A stretch of 60,248 nucleotides of DNA from Chiloscyllium plagiosum (GCF_004010195.1 NC_057718.1:44954083-45014330), one strand, 5' to 3'. Counted from the first letter of the stretch, positions 1 to 11,770 are shown. Notes: a model not told the origin generated them from the sequence alone. A program made the numbers and translations.

Positions 1-55
1 CATGGTGTGTGTGTGTGCAGGTGTGAGACACAGTGAAAGACACAAAGTGCGCAAA

Positions 56-968
56 TCTTTATTCAGTTTCCACCACCAGAAAGAAAGGAAACACCCGAGT
101 ATCCTGCGACAAGCAGTGCCCTTCGCATCAAAGGGCAATGCTGTGTGATCAAACAGTGAAGGGGAGGGCAGGGATTAAATCAAAATAGAGTTGGAGGGGG
201 AGATAATGCACCCCACTCCCTGCGGCGTCCACCTCTCCCTGAACAACTCCAGGGTGTTGGGAGACACCGCGTGCTCCTTCTCCAAGGACACCCGGGCCCT
301 AACGTAACCGCGGAAGAGGGGCAGGCAGTCGGCCCTAACGACCCCCTCCACGGCCCGCTGCCTGGACCTGTTTATAGCCAGTTTGGCCAGGCCCAGGAGC
401 AGACCCACGAGGAGGTCTTCAGACCTGCCCTCCCTCCTCCGTACCGGGTGCTCGAAGATCAGGAGCGTGGGACTGAAGTGCAACCAAAAGCAGAGGAGGA
501 GGTTTTTAAGAAAATCAAAAAGGGAGTGCAAACGCCCACACCCAATATACACGTGGTCCATGGACTCCACAGCGCCACAGAACAAGCAGTTGGGCTGGGA
601 GTCCGTGAACCACCGCAATCTGCAGTTGCAGGGGACCGCTGCGTGCAGCACCCTCCACCCCAGATCCCCGAGAGAAAGGGGGAGGACTCCCGCGTAGAGA
701 ACCCTCCACTGGGGATCCCCACCACCCGGTAGCACATGGGCACACCAAGGCCTGTCCGGACGGTGGATGAGGGAGAAGAGGTGGACGGTGTGCAGCACCA
801 GTCGATATAGGACCCGCCTTTGTACGCCCTTAAAAGGGACAAAATTTAAATTCTGGAGGCGGCTCAGGTTGTGGGGCACAGGCTCCCACGGGAAGTACGG
901 GACCTTGGGGCCAATGTGAAATTCCGTCCGGGCTGGGGTGAGCGCGGACGGGATCCCACCACACACCT
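56..968 (-). mobile_element. Tx1/L1-clade non-LTR retrotransposon, 3' end of ORF2 (C-terminal zinc-binding region) plus 3' UTR; 5' part lost in the gap
   Basis: Stop-free minus frame 968->175 with W-x-x-L-Y...DLGWRVLHAAVPCNCRL...CLFCGAVESMDHVYIGC, the CCHC-type motif downstream of RT in L1/Tx1 ORF2. Minus-strand AATAAA at 58-63. Confidence 0.85.
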
Positions 969-1468
969 NNNNNNNNNNNNNNNNNNNNNNNNNNNNNNNN
1001 NNNNNNNNNNNNNNNNNNNNNNNNNNNNNNNNNNNNNNNNNNNNNNNNNNNNNNNNNNNNNNNNNNNNNNNNNNNNNNNNNNNNNNNNNNNNNNNNNNNN
1101 NNNNNNNNNNNNNNNNNNNNNNNNNNNNNNNNNNNNNNNNNNNNNNNNNNNNNNNNNNNNNNNNNNNNNNNNNNNNNNNNNNNNNNNNNNNNNNNNNNNN
1201 NNNNNNNNNNNNNNNNNNNNNNNNNNNNNNNNNNNNNNNNNNNNNNNNNNNNNNNNNNNNNNNNNNNNNNNNNNNNNNNNNNNNNNNNNNNNNNNNNNNN
1301 NNNNNNNNNNNNNNNNNNNNNNNNNNNNNNNNNNNNNNNNNNNNNNNNNNNNNNNNNNNNNNNNNNNNNNNNNNNNNNNNNNNNNNNNNNNNNNNNNNNN
1401 NNNNNNNNNNNNNNNNNNNNNNNNNNNNNNNNNNNNNNNNNNNNNNNNNNNNNNNNNNNNNNNNNNNN
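969..1468. other. Assembly gap (500 N)
   Basis: Run of N. Confidence 1.
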
Positions 1469-1474
1469 TCCCAG

Positions 1475-1925
1475 TCTCTTGCCTTCTCCCTGTAACCTTT
1501 GATCCTCTTACTACTCAAGAACTTACCTATCTCTGTCTTAAGTACAGACTATGACTTGGCCCCCTATGGCAATGAATTCCATAGATTCAATACCCTCTTG
1601 CTGAAGAAATTCATCCTCATCCCAGTTCTAAAGGGTCCTTCACTCTGAGACTGTAGCCTCGAGTCCTACAGTCTCATACTAATGAAAACATCTTCTCCAT
1701 ATCCACTCTGTCCAGGCTGCTCAGTATTCTGTCTGTTTGAAAACCATTTAGGATCTTATTCACTTCAATTGATCCCATCTCATTCTTTCAGTGAAACAAA
1801 CCCAGCCTGTCCAACATGTCCTCATAAGACAAACTGCTCATTCCATGAATCACTCCAGTAAACCTCCTCTGAACCACCTGCTATGCATTTACATCCTTCC
1901 TTAAATGAGGAGACCAAAACTGCAT
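1475..1925 (-). mobile_element. Degenerate CR1 LINE 3' fragments
   Basis: Reverse complement around 1570-1620 reads like the CR1 ORF2 C-terminus (NFFS..VLNLWNSLP), matching the + strand CR1 ends at about 27740 and 49920. Confidence 0.7.
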
Positions 1926-1964
1926 CCACCTGATGAAGGAGCGTCGCTCCGAAAGCTAGTGTGC
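1922..1964 (+). ncRNA. Minimal type I hammerhead ribozyme motif in a short PLE terminal fragment (about 1926-2013)
   Basis: gcatcCAC-CTGATGA(1930-36)-A-GGAGC-gtc-GCTCC-GAAA-GC-TA^-GTGtgc: intact core, 5-bp stem II, CAC/GTG stem I, palindromic AGCT stem III. Confidence 0.8.
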
Positions 1965-2386
1965 TTCCAATTAAACCTGTTGGACTATAACCTGATGTTG
2001 TGTGATTTTTAACTAACTAAAACATAACATCTTTACTTTTGTATTCAATGGCCATAGCATACCATTAGCCTTCTCGATTGTGTGCTGTATCCAGCTAATA
2101 ACTTTGTGACTTATGCACTGGGCCACTTTGATCTCTTTGCATTTCAGATTTCTGTAGTCAGCTCCTATTCTTAGTGTAAAGGTATAATGAATTCTTTATT
2201 TCACAACCAATAATTCAATGTCATAACTGTCCTTCTTCGTTCATGACAGTGACAGCTCAATCAAGAATAATGAAAGCCACCATGAAATAAACATCGCAAA
2301 CTAAATTTATAAATCAAATAATTATGTTTGGATATGAAAGTCATACTTATATATTTCCATCATACCAGTCTTCTGCATGCTTTTAG

Positions 2387-2503
2387 GCGAAGGTGAGGAC
2401 TGCAAATGCTGGAGATTAGAGTTGAGAGAGTGTTGCTGGAAAAGCACGGCAGGTCAGTCAACATCCGAGGAGCAGGAGAACCAATGTTTCAGGCAAAAGG
2501 CCT
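2387..2503 (-). mobile_element. PLE terminal fragment
   Basis: Matches the reverse complement of the PLE 3' ends at 11270-11380 and 52340-52425. Confidence 0.8.
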
Positions 2504-3472
2504 ATCCTAGAGTTCCAATGCACTGCTATCCTAGTGGTCACAGAGTCACTGGTTGTGGAAGACTCCTTGTTTTCAGATGCTCTTCAGGATGACCTCAAAA
2601 CTCTCAACACCAAAGATTTGGCTTCACATTGTACTGTCTCTGTGTGGTCAGCAGCTTTCTGGTCTGACTTACTGTCAACATCAGGTTCACAACCCTATCC
2701 CTGATGCACATTTCTGAGAAAGGACAGAAAATCATGATTCTTAGAATCATTGCCACTTCCCCAGGGTGGCTCCAGAATAACCCTAACACTGCGCTGTAGG
2801 CACAATAGGTATACTGCAGTAAAATCCGGCAAGCCCTTTTGCAATACACATAGTCATGGTGGCAGCAATCTGAGTTTATTAAGAGCCAAGTGAGATTAAT
2901 CTGAGCTTCCACTGCAATATTTGGATTTCTGAATGAAGCTTGTGCTAAATGAAGGCTAAGGCATTGACATCATAAACTGTACTATAATTGGATCTTCAAG
3001 TGTGCTGTTGGCTTTGGCTATGTCTCTCTGTCAAAAAAGATGGTTCCAAGTCTGCTTTGCCAAGCTAGTATTGGCCTCCCCCAAGCTCCTTGACTTTGTC
3101 TGCAAGTTTCCCAAAACACCAAGTATTTGATTATGGTTACTCATCAATGTTTTTCTAGTGCATTGGTCTATAAGTTCTCTGCAAAAAAAATCTGGGATCC
3201 TGACTGCAATCAAGCTGATATTTACATTGTTCTTACTGCCTACCCTTGCTGCAGGCCATTCATGCCCAGAGATTCACCATTTGCAAATCTTGTTGTTTTT
3301 GTGATATCCTCTAAATATCATGAAGTGAAAATATCTATACTGACAACAGCAAATGTGTACTCAAATATTGATAGTTTGCCCTCATCATCACTGTGTGTTG
3401 CTATTTCTGCACTTTCTGGGTATCTGAAAAGAGAAAATGATCAGACTGAAGTTGTTGTGTGTTGTGTGGCAC

Positions 3473-3785
3473 GGGTGGCACGGTGGCACAGTGGTTAGCA
3501 CTGCTGCCTCACAGCACCAGAGACCCGGGTTCAATTCCTGTCTCAGGTGACTGACTGTGTGGAGTTTGCACATTCTCCCCGTGTCTGCGTGGGTTTCCTC
3601 CGGGTGCTCCGGTTTCCTCCCACAGTCCAAAGATGTGCAGGTCAGGGGAATTGGCCATGCTAAATTGCCCGTAGTGTTAGGTAAAGGGGTAAATGCAGGG
3701 GAATGGATGGGTTACGCTTCGGCGGGTCGGTGTGGACTTGTTGGGCCGAAGGGCCTGTTTCCACACTGTAAGTAATCTAATCTAA
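3473..3785 (+). mobile_element. HE1-type tRNA-derived V-SINE, full length
   Basis: A-box TGGCACAGTGG 3484-3494, B-box GGTTCAATTCC 3528-3538, V-domain TGTGTGGAGTTTGCACATTCTCCCCGTGTCTGCGTGGGTTTCC, and (TAATC)n tail. Confidence 0.92.
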
Positions 3786-4189
3786 AGAAGTAAGTATTGC
3801 ATGATCCAAAAATCATCTATAGCCTATCAATCAGAAGAGAATATGGGATACAGAAGAGGTGAGCTGTGGGAAAGAAATCATGATTCTCAATCCCTCCACT
3901 AGTCACAGACTCATCAATTAGGTGTCCCAATAATGGCCAGAACCATCTTCTCAAGAGGCCTCAGGTTAATTTAGAATGGCATCATGGTTGCCACGGATGC
4001 GGTGGGCAAAGGCCTGTTATGTATTTTATTTTCTATATCCTGCCTCTGGCTGAAATCCTCATTCTTGCCTTTGTTCCTTGTTCTTACCTGTAAATTAATT
4101 TCTGGCAGACACATTCTATCAATTTAAAATAATCCAAAATTCAGCTCAGGTCCTTACACACACAAAACCTGTTAACCCATCACCCCTGT

Positions 4190-5787
4190 GTATGTTACTG
4201 CTGTGTCGTTATGTAAGTATCATGGACCATTATTCTAATGTAACATAAGCGCAATGTAAGAGTAATACAATAATAATCTCATCAGCTATTTTGGGCAGAC
4301 AAACAGCTCTGTCTAACCTTGCTGCCTGAAGAGTGAACAACTCCCTAATGAAGCTCCTGCTGTTTAATACTTCAGCCTCCACGTCCTTCTTGGAACTTGA
4401 CGTAAATCAAGACTAGTCACAAAGATAGAACAGAGGAAGTTCAATACACACTTCACCCTAAAGGAACATTGTGTGTGATAAATACATTACATGGAGGGAA
4501 ATGTCTTGAGCTAGGGGTATAGCCTCAGAAAGAAAGAGGAAGCATCAGGAATACCTTGTTTTAAACAGGAAGAAATAATATTGAAATTTTCGTGGTACAT
4601 CATATGATGCAGGCCCTTACCATTTCTAAACATGAGGCAGGAAATTTCATAGAAAACCATTGAAAGGTTGGGGGAGATTTTTGTGAGGTTTGATTATCCA
4701 GAACAGCTTGTTAGTGATCATGGTTCACAGTTTATATCACAAGAGTTTATGGACTATCTCAAGCAGAACAAATTTCAACATATCTGATCAGCTCCTTATC
4801 ACCCAGCCCCAAATGGTTTGTCAGAAAGGTTTGCTCAGACAATGAAACATTCCTTCAGGGTATCTCGTGAACATGGGTCAGTATCTAAAAGCCTGAGCCA
4901 AACTTTGTTAACATACTGGAACACAATCCACTCAATGACTCAAAGTTCTCCAGCATTGTTCATGGTAAAGTGTCAGTTTCACATGACATTTCATTTGCTG
5001 AAACAAAAGATCTTGTTGACAGCAAACAACCAAATCAGGTTTTCTAACAAGAGAACGACATATGTCACATTTTCTAAAAAGGTCAAGAAGCAACGGTGAG
5101 GAATTACATCACTGTCGAGAAGTGGGTAGCAGCCATCATTATAGCACATAGTGGGCCAGTTTCCTATCCCATACAGACAAGTGATGATATTGGATGGAGA
5201 AGACATGCAGATCAATGCTTGGCAACCAGAATGAATGTCCTAGGGACAACATTAATTGAAGATCCTCAAATAACTGTGCCAAATAGAGACCTGGATATAC
5301 TTGAGGATAGAACAGTAAGTGGAGCACCTGAGAAAGGCAGTACCTTAGTAGAGAATACCACAATATTGTATTAACCTCTGAGCATTCAGCCATTCTCAGG
5401 AAAAGACAACAGATGTTGTTCCTAGTACACCTAAAACACCAGAAGTTAAAGCCAACAAGAAAAATAAATAACTTTGTGATGTGTGCCGACAACCACACAG
5501 GAATCCTCTGGAACATTTTACCCACTTTGTTATATATATGATTGTAAATAGTATCGATGTTTTCATTGTAGGAACCTCTGATATAAAGGGGGAGGGTGGT
5601 TGTGAATTTGTGTAAGTATGGTGGACTGTCATTTTAAGAGTCCAGTCACATGATATCATCGGCCTCTTTAGAGCAGCCAAATGGCTCTGTCTAACCTTGT
5701 TGCCTGTACAATGAGCACCTTCATGATAAAACTTGTGCTGTTTAATGCTTCAGCCTCCTGGCCCTTCTCGGAAATTACCACCGACAT
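4190..5787 (+). mobile_element. Internally deleted, decayed Gypsy-type LTR retrotransposon (integrase relic between two diverged LTRs)
   Basis: About 4693-4850 translates DYPEQLVSDHGSQFISQEFMDYLKQNKFQHI*SAPYHPAPNGLSERFAQTMK (rve integrase core). Direct repeats at about 4290-4400 and 5670-5780 (gctctgtctaaccttg...gctgtttaat.cttcagcctcc). Polypurine tract aaaggggggaggg at about 5585-5595. Confidence 0.8.
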
Positions 5788-5799
5788 AGGGCCCGGCTT

Positions 5800-6175
5800 A
5801 AGCAATACCTCAATTTTAAATTGTCATCCTTGTTTTCAAATCATTCCACACCTACCTGTCTTCCACCCTAAAAATTCAACAAGGTTTCAGCACCTAAATC
5901 TGGTCTCTTGAGCTTCTGTGATTTTAATTGCTCCACCAATGCTGTATGTGCTTTCAGTTGCATAGGTCCTACACTCTGGAGTTTCATCTGTAAACCTCTT
6001 TGTCCTTCGAACTCTCTTTCTTGTATATTATGACGTTAAAACCTCCCTTTATGACTGTGCTTTTGCCTGAATGTGTGGCTTGATATCAGCTTTTTGCTTG
6101 AAAATATTGCAGTGAAGCACCTTGAGGCATTTTCATGCATTAACAGCATGACGTAAAGGAAAGTTGTTGTTTTTG
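5800..6175 (+). mobile_element. Old L2-like LINE 3' end
   Basis: Tail gtgaagcaccttgaggcattt...aagttgttgtt resembles the tail at 52470-52530. Confidence 0.5.
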
Positions 6176-6262
6176 TGTGCTACTTTGTCTTGTGTGAGAA
6201 GAAAGTGTCTCAATGAGTGTTGTGCTACCTGTTTGGACAGTGTCACTTCCATGGTTAAACAG

Positions 6263-6316
6263 CAACAGATTGTCCAAACTATGGATTACACTTGTAATTT
6301 TTTCGCAGTCCTACAT
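6263..6316 (+). CDS. Possible upstream exon of the host gene (QQIVQTMDYTCNFFAVLH)
   Basis: ttaaacag| acceptor and open frame. It joins exon 6396 in frame only through the weak donor GTGTGA at 6317 (79-nt intron); the better GTGAGT at 6319 shifts the frame. Confidence 0.35.
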
Positions 6317-6395
6317 GTGTGAGTTTGTGCCTATTAATATCATATGCATTCTGATTGATAAGAATTTGTTGATAGATGAGAATTATTTTGAACAG

Positions 6396-6430
6396 CCAAT
6401 GGTACAGTTGGCAGAAGATGACACTCGAAG
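6396..6430 (+). CDS. Host gene exon A (PMVQLAEDDTR-S), phase 0->2
   Basis: ttattttgaacag| acceptor and AG|gtacat donor; 35 nt. Phase matches exon 11771. Confidence 0.55.
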
Positions 6431-6618
6431 GTACATGCACTCACCATTCATGAAGGGTCACTGAACATATTACAGCACTGTATCCAGATCTGCAGAGCTT
6501 GACTCCTGATAATGATCTTCATGGTTATATTTTCCACCACCTTCAGAGTGTGTGTTTTGAGGATCCTTGGAATTTGACCCTTTGGAAGATCTTCCAGCCC
6601 CCTTGCATAAAAAGTCGT

Positions 6619-7268
6619 TCAAAGTTTAGGTGAAGATTTGTAGCTCGGGTGCTCGTTGTTGTGGTTCTGTTCACCGAGCTGGAAATTTTTGTTGCAAACG
6701 TTTCGTCCCCTGTCTAGGTGACATTCTCAGTGCTTGGGAGCCTCCTGTGAAGCGCTTCTGTGGTGTTTCCTCCGGCATTTATAGTGGCCTGTCCCTGCCG
6801 CTTCCGGTTGTCAGTTTCAGCTGTCCGCTGTAGTGGCCAGTATATTGGGTCCAGGTCNNNNNNNNNNNNNNNNNNNNNNNNNNNNNNNNNNNNNNNNNNN
6901 NNNNNNNNNNNNNNNNNNNNNNNNNNNNNNNNNNNNNNNNNNNNNNNNNNNNNNNNNNNNNNNNNNNNNNNNNNNNNNNNNNNNNNNNNNNNNNNNNNNN
7001 NNNNNNNNNNNNNNNNNNNNNNNNNNNNNNNNNNNNNNNNNNNNNNNNNNNNNNNNNNNNNNNNNNNNNNNNNNNNNNNNNNNNNNNNNNGCGAATACAT
7101 TGTATAGGTGTTCTTCTTCCTCTTTTTGCAGTTCTGGTGTGCTGCAGTGTGTTGTGGCCCTTTTGAATAGTGTCTTGATGCAACTTCGTTTGTGTGTGTT
7201 GGGGTGGTTGCTTTCATAGTTCAGGACTTGGTCTGTGTGTGTGGCTTTCCTGTATACCTTTGTGGTGA
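6619..7268 (-). mobile_element. Penelope-like element (second family), 3' part, interrupted by a gap
   Basis: 7269->7091 translates FTTKVYRKATHTDQVLNYESNHPNTHKRSCIKTLFKRATTHCSTPEL (PLE RT thumb). The C-terminus DLDPIYWPLQ.. lies left of the gap. Hammerhead-like motif at 6694-6733. Candidate TSD ataaaaagt(c/t)gt at 6607-6618 and 7269-7280. Confidence 0.85.
6858..7090. other. Assembly gap (233 N)
   Basis: Run of N. Confidence 1.
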
Positions 7269-7287
7269 ATAAAAAGTTGTATATCCA

Positions 7288-8160
7288 GATTTGCTAATAA
7301 TGCAAAGTTAGGCAGCATTGTAGATTGTGTAGATGATAACATAAAATTCAAAAGGAAAATGATAGATTAAGTTCAGTGTGGCAGATTGATTTCAGTATAA
7401 ACAAGTGTGAGGTTATCCATTTTAGAAAGAGAAAGGATAGACCAAGGTACCTTGTGGGCAGTATGAAGTTACAAACAGTGGATGTTCAAAGAGACTTGGG
7501 GGTTCACATGCATGGATCTTTAAAATACCACAAATAGGTGCAGAAAATAATCAAGAAGGCTAATGGAATGCTGGCATTCCTTGTTGACTGGAGGAGAAGG
7601 ATGCAGAAGTTGTGGTGCAACTATACAAAATGCTGGTCAAACCACACTTGGAATACTGTGAGCAGATCTGGATACCACACCTTTGGAAGAATATATCAGC
7701 CTTTTGGGGAACACAGCGTGGATTGACAAGAATAATATTTGGATTTTGTGCTAACGTTATGAGGTGACTTTATAGAAGTTAGGCCTGTTTCTGTCGAGTT
7801 TAGAAAGGATGGTCTTACCAAAATCTTCCAGATATTAACAGGAAAAGACAGGGTAGATATTCACTGGATGGGACAAGGGGGCATAATCTAAACATTAGGG
7901 CCAGACTGTTCGGGAGAGAAGTTAGGAGTACTGCAACACACACAGGATCTTGGAGGTTTGAAATTCTCTTCCACAAATGGTAGTTGATGCTAGATCAGTT
8001 GTTAATTTTAAATCTGTGATCGAAAAATATTTGTTAAGCAAAGGTATTAAGGGATGTGAGCTAAATGGAAGGACATGAAGTTAGGTCACAGATCCGTTAT
8101 GATCTCATTGAATGGCAAAATAGGCTTGAGCAACTTAATGGCCTATTCTCGATCCTACGT
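7288..8160 (+). mobile_element. Decayed CR1 LINE, RT C-terminus and 3' UTR
   Basis: QKIIKKANGMLAF and KCEVIHF motifs; 3' UTR gatctcattgaatggc...aatggcct. Confidence 0.85.
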
Positions 8161-8332
8161 CAAGGTTTCTAGTCTGAAAACACGAACTCCTTGCTCTCCC
8201 ATGTTCTACCATTCTTGTCTTTCCTAGTTCAGTTTCACCTCCCAAAGGACTGCCAAAGCCTACTCCAGCCACAATGCAATTCTTTAAGAGGTTTAGGCTT
8301 GCTTTAATCCATGTAGGCTACTTTTAACTGGT

Positions 8333-8537
8333 CAAAAGTGAGGACTGCTTCTGGAAATCAGAGTCTAGATTAGAGTGGTGCTGGAAAAGCACAGCTGGTC
8401 AGGCAGCATCCATGTAGCAGGAAAATCGATGCCTCGGGCAAAAGCCCTTCATCTTTTGCCTGAGAGATCGATTTTCCTGCTCCTCGGATACTGCCTGACC
8501 AGCTGTGCTTTTCCAGCACCACTCTAATCTAGACTCG
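8333..8537. mobile_element. Fold-back PLE terminal fragment with TSD
   Basis: 8361-8450 is inversely repeated at 8453-8536. TSD act(t/g)ttaactggt at 8320-8332 and 8538-8550. Confidence 0.85.
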
Positions 8538-9043
8538 ACTGTTAACTGGTGTCAACGATTCATTGTTTTAGTCCCCTGCTCAGCTGGTGAGCCAGTCAAT
8601 GGCGTGGTTGGCAGTGACTTTATTCCAAAAACATTTTAAATGGCATATAGCACAAAGTTTACATGTCGCTTCTGTTACAGTTGTTGGGCACTAAGTAATC
8701 AATTGTGCCTATTGTCAGGGATATTAGCCCCAAATGAATTATCATAAATCAACAAGTCTACAAATTGCATTGTAAAATGACAAGGTATTTTATTTTAAAT
8801 TCTTCATACTTTCTTAACTGGTTCCCCAGCTGCATCAGTTGGATGCTCTGAGTTAATCGTATTCATATCAGCGCTATTTATTGATTGACTGTTGGCAGAG
8901 ATTTAGTTCTGATATTCTTTCATGTCCATTGAAAAAGATGGAAATTTTTATTCTTTATGTGCTGTGAAATTATGGAGTGCTGTCAAAACTTACCAAATGA
9001 GGGAGATTGAGTTTGATATATTAAAGCAGAGATCTAAGCCTGT

Positions 9044-9215
9044 GATAAAATAAAGAAACTGCAGATGCTGGAAATATGAAATAGTAAAAGAAATTGGGGG
9101 AGAAACTCAAGGGGTCTGGCAGCATCTCTGGAGGGAGAGACAGAATTAGCATTTCAAGTCCAGTATGATTCTTCTTCAGAAGCCTGCAGTTTAGCATCTG
9201 CAGTATTTTCTCTTG
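9044..9215 (-). mobile_element. Older PLE terminal fragment with short inverted end and decayed hammerhead
   Basis: aaactgcagatgct...agcatctgcagtat inverted pair; minus strand CTGAAGA-AGAATC..GACTT-GAAA. Confidence 0.65.
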
Positions 9216-9859
9216 ATCTGATGCAGTACATTGCAAGATCTGAGCACTTCATTGTCTTGCCCTCTGCTACCTTCATGGGAAGTTATAAGTAAAACTTGTT
9301 TAATAACATCTATCTGAACTTGAGCATGAATTATTCTTACTCAGTGCAGTACACATCGGTTCCTTGCTAAAACAAGTATAGGAGCATAGGTCTAAGCATA
9401 CTCTGGATGGAAATGGCCTGTGCTGAGAAGCCATCACCCCCTCCTGTTTCCAGCAGTTTGCCTTCCTCTAAGCCACCCCTCTAAGTCCAGACCATCTGTT
9501 GTACAGCATTCCAAAGCAGCATGCACACTATTGCGCTCATCGCCAGGACCTAGTGTTTAATGCAGAATCCTTGAAGTCAGGAATAATCCCCTTAAGCACT
9601 TGTTTAGCATTCCTTTCACTCCAGCAACTCCAAATAAATCGGACAGACCATCAAACATTTCTACAAACTCATCAACAACAAGTAGAAATCAATAGCAACT
9701 CTCCTGATACTACTTGATTCTCTTTTTAAACAGTGCAGGGGTATAGGGCGGAGATGAGATCCATCCTGCTCCATAACTTATGTGTGCAGCTGTGTGCAGT
9801 TGAGCAAGGGCATTAGCTGAAATGCAGAGTTCCAAAATGGAAAGTTGACTTTCCCTTCT

Positions 9860-9982
9860 GCAGGGTCACTGACTCGAAATGTTATCTCAGATTTCTGACC
9901 ACAGTTAGTGCTAGACCTGCAGAGATTCTCCAGCAATTTCTGTCTTTGTTCCAAATCTTCAGCATCCACACTTCTTTATTTT
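9860..9982 (+). mobile_element. PLE terminal fragment
   Basis: gggtcactgactcgaaatgtt...agacctgcagagattctccagca..., the same family as 14262 and 38429. Confidence 0.6.
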
Positions 9983-10497
9983 GTTGACAGACAGTTGATT
10001 TGAAATCATAATCTGCCAACTCTGTGGAGCTGTTCAACATAGTGTCCAATGTGACCTGCATCAGGGGAATTGTGAAGATTCTACAGGCACCATTCCTGAA
10101 ATAATAAACGCGTTATGTAGAGAAACAGGCACCATGCAACAGAATTTTGTGGTCCTATGAAATACTGCTGCAAACATGTTGGGGATGTTAGTTTAATACC
10201 TTATTTTCAACTGATGGTGAAGGAATTTTATAAACACAAATCAAAAGCTCCCCCACTCATTCCATAAGCTCCCTTACTCTTATATTAGGCCAGCAGATGC
10301 CCTCCAGCACTGATTGGAACAGACTTTGCGGACAACATAAAGGATATCTAATCAGTACAGAGAACAAACACTGCAGTGACATACCCCACACATCCATCCA
10401 CCTGTTGAATATTGCCAGAAATTCTGGTACTTGCTCAATACTGCAAAGTGGGAGGTATTATTCAGATTGCTTCAACCCCAACCAGGTTTCTTTGTCA

Positions 10498-11382
10498 AGC
10501 AGCATCCAAGGAGCAGGAGAATCGACGTTTCAGGCATAAGCCCTTCTTCAGGAATGAGGAGGGTGTGCCAAGCAGGCTAAGATAAAAGGTAGGGAGGAGG
10601 GACTTGGGGGAGGGGCCTTGGTAATGCAATAGGTGGAAGGAGGTTAAGGTGAGGGTGATATGCCGGAGAGGGGGTGAGGGCGGAGAGGTCGGGAAGAAGA
10701 TTGCAGGTCAAGAAGGTGGGGCTGAGTCCGAGGGTTGGGACTGAGATAAGGTTGGGGGGGGGTAGGTGGGGAATGAGGGAGGTGGAGAAATCTGCATTCA
10801 TCCCTTGTGGTTGGAGGGTTCCTAGGCGGAAGATGAGGCGCTCTTCCTCTAGGCGTCGTGTTGCCATAGGTCTGGCGATGGAGGAGGCCAAGGACCTGCA
10901 TGTCCTTGGCAGAGTGGGAGTTAAAGTGTTCAGCCACAGGGCGGTTGGGTTGGTTGGTGCGGGTGTCCCAGAGGTGTTCTCTGAAACATTCCGCAAGTAG
11001 GCGGCCTGTCTCCCCAATGTCCTCTACATTCCAGCTTCCTCATTTCCCCTCCCCCTGCCTTATCTCAGTCCCAACCTCAGACTCAACACCGCCTTCTTGA
11101 CCTGCAATCTTCTTCCCGACCTCTCCTCCCTCACCCCCTCTCAGGCCTATCACCCTCACCTTAACCTCCTTCCACCTATCGCATTCCCAACGCCCCTCCC
11201 CCAAGTCCCTCCTCCCTACCTTTTATCTTAGCCTGCTTGGCACACCCTCCTCATTTCTGAAGAAGGGCTTATGCCCGAAACGTGATTCTCTTGCTCTTTT
11301 GATGCTGCCTGACCTGCTGCGCTTTTCCAGCAACACATTTTTCAGCTCTGATCTCCAGCATCTGCAGTCCTCACTTTCTTGT
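10498..11382. mobile_element. PLE with 5' inversion; GIY-YIG C-terminus on the minus strand; perfect 14-bp TSD
   Basis: Minus frames give AEHFNSHSAKDMQVLGL and TRRLEEERLIFRLGTLQPQGMN. Arms of about 290 bp (10501-10790 vs 11040-11310) are inverted. TSD aggtttctttgtca at 10484-10497 and 11383-11396. Confidence 0.92.
10520..10556 (-). ncRNA. Minimal hammerhead motif (PLE)
   Basis: Reverse complement attc-CTGAAGA-A-GGGC-ttat-GCCT-GAAA-C-GTC^-gatt. Confidence 0.7.
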
Positions 11383-11770
11383 AGGTTTCTTTGTCAGTAG
11401 AGGGTAAGAGGGATAAAATCACTTTTTCAGCGGAAGTGCAGTATAGGACAGGAAAGAAAAATAGAATAGCTATCAGTAACAGTTATTTATTTACCAAATG
11501 TTAGCTCTCAACTCCCATTTGTTTAGTTATTTATGTATTAGGACTGAACTGTTCAGTGTGGTACAATTATTTATAACTAACAGTCACGAAAGATTGTTTA
11601 GCAAACAAAGATGCTGAAGCACAATTGTGACTAAATGATATCTGGAAATGTTCAAAGCATCATGGTTGACTTCTGCTATTGCAGAATGCTGAAAATGTTT
11701 CACTCTGTTTATAAGTTCAAGTTGTCGTGTAACCATGGTGCGTGTTAACAGATTCATTTTGTTTATTTAG

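Noticed and set aside
271..842. Several overlapping GC-rich ORFs on both strands
   Set aside because: Shadow frames of the Tx1 ORF2.
3473..3545. tRNA gene
   Set aside because: The A/B boxes belong to a SINE head that continues into the V-domain and LINE-like tail.
11685..11737. Exon-like segment MLKMFHSVYKFKLSCNH (gcag|...|gtgcgt)
   Set aside because: Only 33 nt from exon B, too short for an intron, and it overlaps B's branch region. It could only be a mutually exclusive alternative, for which there is no evidence.
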